DNA of 63,311 nucleotides, the filler included, from Octopus bimaculoides (lineage: Eukaryota): NCBI RefSeq assembly GCF_001194135.2. It is 5 parts of 5 records of this genome, joined end to end, with 100 filler letters (N's around TTAATTAATTAA, not from the genome) between each part and the next. Parts side by side here need not be neighbours in the genome. Positions count along the whole stretch, not along the records: positions 1 to 27,928 come from NC_068986.1; 4 more parts are not named here. One strand, written 5' to 3'. The first letter of the stretch is position 1. The number at the start of each line of letters is the position of its first letter. Shown in pieces: positions 1 through 12,499 of this stretch. The position numbers and the translations under genes are program-made. Below the pieces are notes generated by a model, which worked only from the letters and a program-made list of their open reading frames with translations, did no database searches and had not been told where the DNA came from.

Positions 1-1507
1 TATATATATATATATATATATATATGTTTATATATGCCTATATGTATGTATATCTTTATATATATGTATGCATTGATGTATTGATGTATAAGTGTGTATG
101 TGTGCATTAAAATATCTGTGCGTATGCATATATGTATAAATGTATAAATGTAAGCGTGAGTGCTAGGTGGAAACTAAAACAATAAATTGTTTTATATTAG
201 TATTATTTTGGTCTCGTGTATGCATACAATTTATTTTTCTATGTCCGTATAGAGTTAGTTTCGTTTATAGGTATCGATAAGTATATGTATGTGACTAAAT
301 GAATAATGGGGTATATATGTAGCTATAGCGTATTTATCGTATTTAGTTTGTTGTTTGGCTCGTTGTTAGTATGTGGGACATTTTGTTTATATTGTATTAT
401 TTTACTCTTTTTCTAAGTATATATTTAGATTATTGATATTTCGCTGAACGTATCGAATTGATTTTGTTTATCTCCCCTGCATTCTAATAGATTAATAATA
501 TTTAGATTTGAATTAATATATAAAATAAGACTTTAACATAAATAGATACAGATGTGTATGAATTGTATATGTATGTAAATTTTTAAAATATATGTGTACG
601 TGAATATGTATCTGAGTATACGTACATGTGTGTGTAAGTATGTATACATAAATGATAGGAATATGTGTACATATATAAGTATATATAAATATGTATATAT
701 GAACGTGTGTATTGTGCAAAAAATCGGTTATAGAAGGGAATATTTATAGATTTAAATTTATGAGTTTACCTCTTATAAATTGTTTTCGTAAAGCCTACTA
801 GTTCTCACGTGCAACATCTTGCATGTTAAAAACCTATATGGTCTTATGCATCCAAGAAATGTGGTATCGTGCAAATTGATGTAATGTTTGCATTGCTCGA
901 TTAAATGGAGTCGCCTGAAACGGTCGTAATGTACCAATACCTTGGCATCATTCTTACTCATTCACTTCTTATTCATCTTACTTCAAGCTGTGCTGATGTA
1001 ACCGGACTGACTTGGTGACTCAACCTAAGTACGTAATTCAACTGAACCTTAACTATTTCTTACATATATAGTTATATATATAATAAATGTATGTGTTTAG
1101 GGGGAGGGTTATAAGTGTTATAGATTTTCTTTGTATATTCTATATTCCATGATTGAACCCGATGGAATAAGAAGCAAATTTAAAACTAAATAAGTACAGG
1201 TGTCTATTTGGTCATCTAAAGCATTCAAAATGGCCGCAGTCATGCTCTACTTAAGAAATAGAAATCAGTTTGACATGAGCTTCCCTGACAAAAAAGTACA
1301 CATTTTAAATTTAAAAAACAATAGGGATTTTTATAGTGTTAATATTCAACTGGGAACGCTAAGATTTGTATTTTCACTTCTAAATCGGAGCTAACTAGAG
1401 TTAAATTTAAAACTGAAGAGGAAATATTGTTACAAGGACAACGTAACAATGATATGGAGAAATTGTAATATATGAGCTACATTAAACAGATTCAAATATA
1501 TACTCAC

Positions 1508-1658
1508 GGAGGTAAACATGTTCCGAGAAATTTCTTTGTGGCGTTAACGTCTTTAACTCCTTTATAGATGCAGGTGTGAGTCCAGCAAGCCCACCCGTCC
1601 CTGATGATCGTCCATTTTGTGCTTTCAGTAACACATCTGCCATCAACCTTCTTACAAT
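1508..1658 (-). CDS. Secreted Cys-rich protein, copy 1: exon 3, (Y)CKKVDGRCVTESTKWTIIRDGWACWTHTCIYKGVKDVNATKKFLGTCLP(P)
   Basis: Acceptor cataacaacag, donor CC|gtgagt, 151 nt, phase 1-2, open frame. A paralogue of identical length lies at 15094-15244. Confidence 0.85.
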
Positions 1659-1703
1659 CTGTTGTTATGAAAATATATCAATTATTCTATTAAAACTATT
1701 TCT

Positions 1704-1934
1704 TATTTCTTTATTGCCCTCAAGGGGCTAAACATAGAGGGGACAAACAAGGACAGACAAAGGAATTAAGTCGATCACATCGACTCCAATGCGTAACTGG
1801 TACTTAATTTATCGACCCCGAAACGATGAAAGGCAAAGTCGACCTCGGCGGAATTTGAACTCAAAACGTAACGGCAGACGAAATACCGCTAAGCATTTCG
1901 CCCGGCGTGCTAACGTTTCTGCCAGCTCGCCGCC
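1704..1934 (-). mobile_element. tRNA-type SINE, near-consensus copy with 14-bp target-site duplication
   Basis: Member of a family seen repeatedly in the window (GGCGGCGAGCTGGCAGAAACGTTAGCACGCCGGGCGAAATGC...). TSD TTAAAACTATTTCT at 1690-1703 and 1935-1948. Confidence 0.85.
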
Positions 1935-3258
1935 TTAAAACTATTTCTATGACATAATTCAAGTCAGAAAGCTAGAAAAATTCCGATAAACTAATATGCC
2001 CGGCGTGCTAACTATTTTGCCTTCTCATCGTTTCAGTTACTGATATTCTGATATATGTTTAGGTAACGTAAATTGTTATGCGCATTTTTATATTGAGTTC
2101 ATATTCTTAAAATCGGAATAGATTAAAGTAATCGTTTTCATAGTTTGTAGTTCGTTTTAAGGACAGGTAGAAGAGATTTCTGTATCATAAAAGGTATTTG
2201 AAGCCTTATATTATAAGTTGACTTCTTGTTAATCCTAAATTTTCATCATTATATAAATATATTAATTTTTTTAACTTTAATTCTTTTATTACTATAATTA
2301 TTTCTTTACGTATTTGTTCACACCGCCATTCGCTGAGTTTCTAATCTTTGACTTTATAATTTTTCTATAATATATTATTTAAACATACATTTTGCCTGAA
2401 CACCATAAACTGACATCAATATCTCATGGATTTTCTGCCTTTTACATTCAAAGTATGTGTGTTTAATTTATGTCTGGTTATAGAGAATTAGCATTTTATT
2501 GCATCATTTATACATTATATTAAATTCTGATCATTCTAAACAATTATTCTTTAAATATTTAAACGTTCTATCCATTTCTTAATATATTTTTATAGATTAT
2601 ACTTTAATACTTTATATACATTTTACTTATATTTTTTTAAAATTATTTTAAACCTAGTATGGTTTATCCCAATTCTGTCTTTCTGCAGTCCCCTTTATAG
2701 GTTGTTCATTTTTTACTCTCTATCTTCTATCAACTCCTCTATTAATAAAGTATTAGCAACTTACTGCATAACTTAAATAATATTTTATTTCTATTAACTA
2801 TAATCTACTTTTCTTAATTCTTAATCTTAATACTTTATACATTTTACGCCAGTTTCTTTCTATTCTGTACTTCATTCGGAATTTATTTTTCTTATATTTT
2901 CTTTATTTCTCTATTTTCTCTGTTTTTATTTATCTTCAATTCACCTAAGCTATATTCTTTCAAAACGATCAAATGTTGTAACATTCTTGACCATTTTTGT
3001 CTTAAATTCTAAATGCTAGCTTCCTGCTTTAATTTTTCCGGGCACATGTAACCCATTAGATTTCTCCTTCATTTTCATTTCATTTTCATCTTTATGTCTC
3101 ACCATATCACATTCTAAGTCCACTAGAATACGTATACTGGCTAACATGTGATAATTCTGTGATTAAATCACACAATATTTTAAACGACTAATTCCGATTC
3201 TCATATTGTAGTTAATTTCAGATATTTAAACAAACATTCATGTTCGAGATGTGTACAC

Positions 3259-3745
3259 ATGCGCGTGTAGGCAGAAATGTTCATAGGCTGACTGTAAGTA
3301 AGTGATCCTGGAACTGTGAAGTCTTGCATGCGTCCATTTCAGCTTTTCATAATAATGACTGTATTGTTTGTTTTCTTGTTGTCTTTTGTTGTTCAAATCA
3401 ACTGTCATCTGACTATTAAATAGTTGAGACTTCTCTTGAACATGGAGAAAATGTATTACCTCCAGGAAAAAGGTTTATCCCCCAAAGTTATTCACGCTAA
3501 CACGATTGGTACATTAGTGAATGGTGATCCATCTTTATCAACTCATAGTACATAAGTGAGCAGCTGAATTTTAGAGGGGAATAGAGAATAGTAAAGATGA
3601 TCCAAGATCTAGACATCTTGCAACACCCACTACCGACAAATACATTGGTCGTGTTCATCATATGCTGATGGAGAAATGGCGAATGACTATAAATCAAATA
3701 ACCAATGCTATCCGATTTCTGCATGAGATATTTCAGCACCAGAAA
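3259..3745 (+). mobile_element. 3'-truncated mariner remnant, paralogous to 17702-19026
   Basis: Left TIR-like end (...ttcataggctgac) and degenerate transposase N-terminus (atggagaaaat...). It aligns with 17702-18190. Confidence 0.75.
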
Positions 3746-4101
3746 TGCATATCCCATGAGATGTCTCTGCCCACCAGAAACGTTAGTGCATCTGCCAAAA
3801 TGCTTTACGGTATTTAGATGCCTTTTTTACGCACTGAGATTTAGCGCTATTGTGTTGAACATTAAATTTTGTCACTTAAGTTCAATAAACGAAGAATCAG
3901 TCGTTTACTTGGGTTGATATAACCGTCTACGAGTTGGGGTACATCAATACCACAAGCACCACTGGAAGATGGTCAGTAAATAAGAGATATCGAACAAGGC
4001 CTATCCAATTCGAATCAAAGCAAATATAAAACTTCTTTGAGATTTTGATATATCAAAACACGTAGTGAAGAGAGGACACAAAAGTTTGTTTATCAACTTA
4101 C

Positions 4102-4242
4102 ACAAATTTGTTTCATTTACTGTCATTTCACCATCAATCCACTCGCATATTCTCCTGGCACAGGTATCGAACATCTTTTCCACCCATTCTTCTCCGTTAT
4201 TGCGGCAATTACCGTCCACGATACATCCATATCCACGACACA
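4102..4242 (-). CDS. Secreted Cys-rich protein, copy 1: exon 2, (V)CRGYGCIVDGNCRNNGEEWVEKMFDTCARRICEWIDGEMTVNETNL
   Basis: Acceptor ttttatttag, donor T|gtaagt, 141 nt, phase 1-1, open frame. A paralogue at 19935-20069 has the same splice sites and conserved Cys positions. Confidence 0.85.
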
Positions 4243-4689
4243 CTAAATAAAAATACATATATTATGATAATATCTACTCAGCAATATTAGATATTTTACA
4301 ATACAGATTTTTTTTATAAACTAGGAGAAGTAAAGATGGTTCTAATAATATCCAACAGAGATCATATCTTTTACTTCCTTCCAAATCATATATGAAATTC
4401 AGTCGGATCTTTTACCTCTTTACTGGGTCCTGTTTTGGATAAGACAAATACCTGAGAGAAGTATATTGATACCAATTTAATGAACAGATACGTTCCTCTA
4501 CAAAGATTTCCTCTACGTATAGGCGTGATTTGAAAAGACCAAAAACTTTTGGTGTGAAGTGTTGAACCGCATAAAGTATTGGACACTCCGGTATTCAGGT
4601 CTCGGTGTAGGCGTTGTTTGTTGGCTACAATTTGTGAACGCTAAAATATAAAACTAATAATAACAGCGTTTTCTACTGTCCCTAGAAAA

Positions 4690-5850
4690 ACGTTATTTAG
4701 GAACACTAGAAATCAAGAGAGGCATCTTCCAAGAGAAATGCCTGTCCCCACTGATCTTTGTACTGTGCATAGTATCACCAGCACTGAGGAAATAAAAGGC
4801 TGTGTGCGTATTCAAAAGCCGCCAACAAAATGTCAACCACTTCTTTCTCATGGATGACCTCAAACTTTATGGTAAAGATGAATCCCAAGTCAGTTCCATC
4901 GTTGACAAGGTGTATACTTTCAGTGTTAATATCCGAATGGATTTCGGACTGAAAAAAGTGTGGTGTGTTAGTCTTGAAGAGAGGCAAAATCAAATGTACG
5001 GACGGGCTAGCGATTCCATCGGTGGATGTAAAAGAGACGGGCTATAACTAATTGGGGATATTGGAAATGGATAAATTGATGGAGAAAGAAATGACAGAAT
5101 AAATTAAGGTGGAGTAATTGTGTTTACTGAGACTGATCCTTAAGTCGAAATTAAACGGACAGAATAAGATTGAAGCTATCAATACCTAAACGGTTTCACT
5201 CCTTAGATATGGAGCAGCGGTAATCGCACGGACAGCAGATGAACTAAACAGCTTAGATAGAAAGACGAGAAAGTTGCTGACTAGATACGTGATACTCTAT
5301 CCAAAACGTGACACAGACTGTATGCACCAAGAAAAAGAGAGGGAAGAGGAGAGATTGGATGCGAAAACAGCATTAGAACAGAAGAAAACAACATAGTATG
5401 GGTATGTAACAAAATGCACACAACCACTCTTATTTGAAGTAAAAAGGTTAAGATTGTGTAGGATGGACGTTTGTAAACATAAAACAATATACAAGTACGT
5501 GAGAATGAATGAAACTGAAAATAGGTGGATAAAGAAAAGAATTCATGGACATTTTCATAGGGATGTTGAAGATAAGACAGACAGAGAAAATAGATGGCTG
5601 TGGATGACTAAAAGTGATTTAAAACGGAAACGGAGGCTCTAGACTGTACTGCCCAAGAGCAAGCACTATCAACGAATTACATAAAATACAGAATAGAAAA
5701 CACATCAGAAAGTGCTTAGTGCAGAATCTATGGACAACATGGTGAAACCGTATAGTATATTACCAGTCGATATACGCCACTAGCCAGAAAGAATATGAGA
5801 TATATCATGACAATATAGCAAATATTGTCATTGGAGACTTTGCAATGCCA
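4690..5850 (+). mobile_element. R4/Dong-like (restriction-like endonuclease) LINE remnant: RT C-terminal half plus zinc-knuckle region
   Basis: Frameshifted motifs IKRGIFQ..CLSPLIFVLC, NHFFLMDDLKLYGK, ILKSKLNG.NKIEAINT and HGHFHRD...WLWMTKSDLK. Confidence 0.8.
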
Positions 5851-5899
5851 AGGTCAGCGCTCTCATTGATCGCTAAAATAGTAAACACATTTGACCCAA

Positions 5900-7280
5900 A
5901 GTTGTGAGGTTTCTTTTGTCGAAATTAATGACTATGATACTCTAAAACTGAGTATAGACAAAGAATTGAAAGTCACAGATCTTAGAATGTATCGCCGATA
6001 GTATCTCCCCAAAATTAGAATTGATAATAAAACCATATCAATGATAAATAACACGAACCTGGACGTCACAGAACTAATGGGCGTAGAAAGAAACGTCAAT
6101 ATGACCAGGTTAAGGTATATAGTATATGCAGCAGGGTCTGTAACTGCAAAAGACGGTAGATATCCCCTCAAACCCATCCAAACAGACGTACCACCACACA
6201 GACAAGGCCTGTGGATAAATAATATCCAGGAGAAATAGAAAATAAAAGTATGTGTCCATCTTTAACGTTACTAGAAAACAATCAACATTACAAAGCAGCA
6301 ATAAAAGAAAAATACTACGCAAATACAAAATTACAGAACTTTTAATTTATTTCTCGACAAAATCTTTTCCTGTTTCGGCAGTAAGGAGCGCTACAATAAG
6401 CACCTCTCTCGGTGGTGATGTGCCCGCCCGACCCACACCCTCTACCATCTTCCCATATGTTCAATATCTACCCCGCTTCCGTGTTTATAACCACTTCTAA
6501 CCTGTCCTCTTATTCCTCCTGTCGGTCTGAATGGATCATACTAAACTTGCTATGTAAAAAGTCTTCCCGGCCTCCCTGCTTGATCTTCTTTTCCTTTTCC
6601 CTTTATTGTTTTCTATCTCTCCCTTTCTCTCTTCTATTTTGTTGTGAATGCCGAGGTGGTGAGGGAAATTCAGCGCTCATCGCTTATAGAATGCCGCAAT
6701 GGCCTGCGCAAGACCTGACACTCAAGACCGACTCCATCGCCAAACCAACAGGAGAAGAGTGAATAAAGTTGGGTATCTGGCGCCTTCAAATAACCAGTGC
6801 TCCGAGTAGGCTGTACTCGTTAACCTTGGATGGCAAGAAGCCTAGGAGAACGACCACTCTGAGTTCAAATCGAGGGGAGCAAGGCTCCTGCCGCCTTGGA
6901 CGATTACCTTCATAGAAATTGTGGCTTTATAAAAATACCGTTGGTAGCAACCTAAAAGCATACCTCAGCTTTGAGTGAAAATAGCAAGCAGAATAGATAC
7001 CGATAAAGGCGTTAACAGGATTGGAATCAGCGGTGAAGGTACAGCTTTCGGTAGGTGCTCCACTGTGCAGCGTCGTAATCCAGCCACTACTAACCATGCT
7101 ACAAGACACAAGTGGAGTAAACAAGACAACATGATGGTTATGGAGTGTTGCTACCGAAGCACGCCAGTGAATGGAAATGGCATGCTTGTCAAAAGGATAC
7201 AGAAAACAAATGCACAGTGAATGGAAGGCAATGGATCTGTTTGAAATTACTCAACAAAGATTATGTGACGAAGCTCACTG
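5900..7280 (+). mobile_element. N-terminal and 5' UTR fragments of R4/Dong-like LINE(s)
   Basis: LRYIVYAAGSVT...PPH (6041-6238) and TRHKWSKQDNMMVMECCYRS...GYRKQMHSEW (7080-7260) resemble the N-terminal region of R4-type ORFs. A more GC-rich leader lies at 6400-7000. Confidence 0.55.
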
Positions 7281-7532
7281 GATGGGAGTATATTATTAGT
7301 TAAGGGGAATATTTAAAATGTACGGCAACATAGGTTATAATTGAAGTAAATGAAACTATCATAAATAAACAATATATTAACAACAATTTACCAACTTCGA
7401 CATCATTGGATATTTCACACACAGACGCAAGTATATATGTAGACATGTGTGCATGTGTTTCTCTTCTGTATTTAATCATTTAAAGTCTTCTGTATGCATG
7501 CAAGAGAAATTCATTATACACACACACGCACG

Positions 7533-7609
<77 letters not shown>

Positions 7610-7754
7610 TAGTATATACATACACATGTGCATACTATTCGTTCAATGTAAATCAAGTATCGGCAATTGTAACACATTCAAAACGTGAAAAGATTTGCTG
7701 CTCAGGCAATTTCGAAATATATTTTCATATATTTTCATATGACTGGCAACTTAC

Positions 7755-7827
7755 CTTTTCCAGGTTCTGCCATATCAACTGTTAATGCTAATAAAGTCAA
7801 CAAGCAAAAGGAATGTAGTTGTGTCAT
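7755..7827 (-). CDS. Secreted Cys-rich protein, copy 1: first coding exon (signal peptide) MTQLHSFCLLTLLALTVDMAEPGK, phase-1 end
   Basis: On the minus strand the acceptor cttccag is followed by ATCAAT and then ATG at 7827. The frame is open with a hydrophobic core FCLLTLLALTV. The donor G|gtaagt is at 7754. Phase 1 joins in frame to the exon at 4102-4242 (G+TG = Val). Confidence 0.75.
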
Positions 7828-8913
7828 ATTGATCTGGAAGTACAAATGTAATTTGAGGTGATCGAACTAGTAACTGTCTTTTTTTATTTCAAGGAAAAAG
7901 AGGAACAACGCAAAGAGATACGTGAGTGTATGCATTCTATACGCATATATTGGTGAGGCTGTGAGTGTATGTGTGTGTGTTTGTGTGTGTGCGTGCGTAT
8001 GTGTATGTATATATATACACCTATCTGTCTAAATGCATATATATATATACATATATATACATATATACATATACATATACATATACATATACTTATATAT
8101 ATATATATATANNNNNNNNNNNNNNNNNNNNNNNNNNNNNNNNNNNNNNNNNNNNNNNNNNNNNNNNNNNNNNNNNNNNNNNNNNNNNNNNNNNNNNNNN
8201 NNNNNNNNNNNNNNNNNNNNNNNNNNNNNNNNNNNNNNNNNNNNNNNNNNNNNNNNNNNNNNNNNNNNNNNNNNNNNNNNNNNNNNNNNNNNNNNNNNNN
8301 NNNNNNNNNNNNNNNNNNNNNNNNNNNNNNNNNNNNNNNNNNNNNNNNNNNNNNNNNNNNNNNNNNNNNNNNNNNNNNNNNNNNNNNNNNNNNNNNNNNN
8401 NNNNNNNNNNNNNNNNNNNNNNNNNNNNNNNNNNNNNNNNNNNNNNNNNNNNNNNNNNNNNNNNNNNNNNNNNNNNNNNNNNNNNNNNNNNNNNNNNNNN
8501 NNNNNNNNNNNNNNNNNNNNNNNNNNNNNNNNNNNNNNNNNNNNNNNNNNNNNNNNNNNNNNNNNNNNNNNNNNNNNNNNNNNNNNNNNNNNNNNNNNNN
8601 NNNNNNNNNNNNNNNNNNNNNNNNNNNNNNNNNNNNNNNNNNNNNNNNNNNNNNNNNNNNNNNNNNNNNNNNNNNNNNNNNNNNNNNNNNNNNNNNNNNN
8701 NNNNNNNNNNNNNNNNNNNNNNNNNNNNNNNNNNNNNNNNNNNNNNNNNNNNNNNNNNNNNNNNNNNNNNNNNNNNNNNNNNNNNNNNNNNNNNNNNNNN
8801 NNNNNNNNNNNNNNNNNNNNNNNNNNNNNNNNNNNNNNNNNNNNNNNNNNNNNNNNNNNNNNNNNNNNNNNNNNNNATACATACATACATACATACATAC
8901 ATACATACATACA

Positions 8914-8945
<32 letters not shown>

Positions 8946-9556
8946 GTTTTCTTAATGCATTTCCATTTGTTGCTATTTATATGTTATTCTTAGGACTCAA
9001 TGATTCGACGCAATGCATCTTAACTTTACTATGATATTTAATTTTTATAAATAATAGTGTTGCTACTGGATTTAATCTCATTATTAAGACTATTTTCCTA
9101 TCACAATCTCCAATGTTGATATTCGTACCACGACTATTATTGTGGTGATTATTGTTACTAATCATAGTCCACACAGTAACTATATTGCTATATAGTCCAC
9201 ACAGTAACTATATTGCTATATATATATATATATATATATATAAGGATAAGATCGTTTTTTTTTAAATAAAGATCATATCAAGTGGCTAGCATAGGAATAA
9301 AAACCTCAGAGGTAATAATTATTATTAAAATTATAATTAAAGGTATCTAAATGATACCATCATGCTAGAGATAGCAATCAAAACTTGACTTTAAAACCAT
9401 ATCAAATATTCATAGAGCACCAGGAGAGTCAAGTTTTCACTTGCTATTTCTAGCATGATAGTGTCTTTTAGATACCCTTAATTATAATTATANNNNNNNN
9501 NNNNNNNNNNNNNNNNNNNNNNNNNNNNNNNNNNNNNNNNNNNNNNNNNNNNNNNN

Positions 9557-9603
<47 letters not shown>

Positions 9604-9687
9604 AGACAGAGAGAGAGAGAGAGAAAGAGAGAGATAGAGAGAGAAATAGAGAGATACATATATATATATACACACACACAGAGATAA

Positions 9688-9751
<64 letters not shown>

Positions 9752-11639
9752 GGGAGAGAGAGAGAGAAAGAGATGCACAGAAACTAAAAATACAATTAGT
9801 TTAGATCTAGACCTTATAGTTTGTTCTTTACCAATAAAATCAAATCAAAACACTGCCAGGTAACTTTATATTAGGCTCTTTTCGATTTTATGTACTATAA
9901 GAAAGCATTGACGAACAAATAAAAATTTTAAAATCATATCTGAGTTATAATGCAAAACAGTCGTTTAAATATTTCATACAAATTCCATTAAAAAAATTAG
10001 ATACTTTTAGAAGTTCACTTACGTATACCAAAAGGACAAAACTGTGAAGAAATTTAAAAGAATGATGTGTGCCAAAGCGATGAGTATTTATAACTGAATG
10101 TAACACCTCCAATATTAATAAACAGCTGGTGACAATATATCTCAGTCCCAAACCTGAAATGTATAATAATGACATCTTATAAAATACTTGCTGAGAACTA
10201 AAGATATTTTATGGCTCGTAGGGATGTGCAAACAACGGTTTCTTCTTCTGCACCTGAAGTTAAGGAACGGAATAAATAAAGTTTGCCCCAATCGAAACAA
10301 CTCAATAGATAATATCCAAAAGAGATCGATCGATAGATAGATACATATGCGCATGTACAAGCTACGCCAGGTTTTTGAAGACATGTTTCATGAGTTTGAA
10401 TTTTCTTGCTAATACAGGTTTTTAAAGCCTTACATTTCAAGCAACTAATGTAAGACTCGAGATTGTCTCAGCAATTTCAATGGCACGCTACATTAGTTGA
10501 CTTAAAAGCGCAAAATAGTTATAAGGAGATGGCTGCTTGCTGTAAGTTTCTCTTTATTTATTATGTCCCAGACATAATCGATAAAAACATCAGAAAACAT
10601 CAGAAGTCACAATATTCAGTCCATTTGTATCAACATCACACTTCTTCAATTTTCCAAATTTGCGATCATTTTACAATTTACCATTTTTCTGTAAAGAATC
10701 GACACTACACTGCTCAGGAAGCTTATATCTTCTGATATTTTTCTTTCCCACCAAGATAGTTTCTTTCGGGTTTTTTTCCATCAATGTTCTTTTCTCATTT
10801 GATCATCAATACTATTCTTTCGTGGATTACAGCCGGGCCCGTCTCGCTCCACAGTGGAAGACAACCAAGGCGTAGCATCATCCCCATTGGTTCCATTCCT
10901 GTTCATACAGTTATCGTTAGCTATTTTGCTCGGCATTTTCATTTATAAATGAGTTGTATTTTAGCTTACCACCGACGGGTAATTTTATCAAGATATTATC
11001 TCCCGCAAGGTTGCTCACCAAGTTATATCAGTTATTGCTGACCATATGAGAAACAAAAAGGGCATAATTGCTCACAAGAGTATACTGTTGTGAGTGGTGC
11101 AGAGATTATTTAAACGATGAAGGGTTATGATGTATTAAATACAAAAGTGTCAGAATTTATGTTTGACTTCAAGAAAGCTAACCAATGGAGACTAAACTGG
11201 TCATTTTCCTCTTTTAAGTTTGTTTCTCTCCCTGCATCTCTCCCCCACACTCTCTCTTTCTTTCTCTCTATGTCTCTTTCTTTCCCATCTTTGATAAATT
11301 TCAACCCATTAACACATGGACTTCAACCAAACCTAAAAATTCACCTCCCCCTTTTTAGTATGCTGAACGTTTCACCTCCAAATTTTATAATTATAATTAC
11401 TGGACTCTACCCAGTGCTCTATTGGTAGTGTTAATGGCAAGGAGGGAGTAGTAAGAGCCCCTCCACACAGTATATTTCAGTCAACTATCGATGACCTCAC
11501 AGGACAGTTAAAACTTTTCAGTTATTATATAATTAAGATTAATTCTAGGAAAAGGGGTTAAATAAATAGGTAATTAATTATTACGACGTAACGTTTTCAT
11601 TAAGCATTACCTAGAATTATTATCTGTAGTTTTTATTCT

Positions 11640-12300
11640 TTAGTTATCTATGAAGTATAACGTAGAATTCTTACCTGACGTTTTTGTTCTACTTCGCGAA
11701 TGGCAGAATGTGAACCGGTTTTCGTCCCTGTATATTCTGCCTCCTATATCTGGAACGACAGATTTCATTTCCTGTAATAAGTAAAATCTAAACAGGTCGG
11801 TGTCAGGGGCTGAGTTGCTTACACCCATAGTTATGTCAAAGTTATTCATTCTATACTTACGAGTACATATTTTGTTACTGCAAGAGATTATTGTTTTCCT
11901 AGACGTCTGCGTCCTTCGTAGACGCGTGCGTCCTTTCTAGAAAAAAGATGTGTGTTTCATGGCGAGGATTAAGGCCTTAATGTGAAGTATAGGTTTGATA
12001 AATATGTACAATTAGTCAATATCTATGTGTATAAATTCAGTGTGTATTTTGTAAAATAACTTCTTAAACCATTCAATTACGACAGTAGTGTACGACCTAA
12101 GGTCAATATTTCCATGGTTCCTAAATTTTGGGAGCGTTTTATCCATAATCGATTTACCACTTGACCAATATTCGACTTGGATGAGGTAATCAATCTAGTG
12201 CCTATGTCAGAGGTGAGGAATCTCTTTAAGTCTGCAGACCGAATTAACTTGAATTGTGATCTAACAAGGCAGCAACAAAAGTTTCATTATAATTTTTTAA
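11640..12300 (-). mobile_element. Penelope-like element RT remnant
   Basis: Frameshifted motifs SNIGQVVKSIMDK, VIEWFKK, FIHIDI and NNFDITMG...RIYRD, typical of Penelope-like RTs. Confidence 0.7.
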
Positions 12301-12499
12301 ATTCCATATTTTGTAATAAATCTCAGAACTAAAGAGGAATGACTAATTTGAAATTTTTTTTTCATATTTTTAAAATGTAGCATTAAGGTTCGAAGTTTAA
12401 GCTGATCTTCTAGACGGGCGTCCATAATTTGCGACCTGAAGGGACCTTGATTTTGTTTACGTATGAAAATATAAATTCGCAGCAATATGTCGAATAGAA

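Noticed and set aside
1704-1934. tRNA-like A/B box sequence
   Set aside because: It is a SINE head repeated many times, with a TSD and no cloverleaf, so it is not a tRNA gene.
7884-9034. Long ORFs of 280-350 aa in the track, also at 25565-26146, 37511-38075, 51770-52738 and 58782-59389
   Set aside because: They are made of N gaps and (TA)n, (CA)n or (TACA)n repeats and are not coding.
9164-9219. 28-bp direct tandem duplication (ATAGTCCACACAGTAACTATATTGCTAT x2)
   Set aside because: It is a simple slippage duplication next to (TA)n, absent from the paralogous block, with no sign of function.
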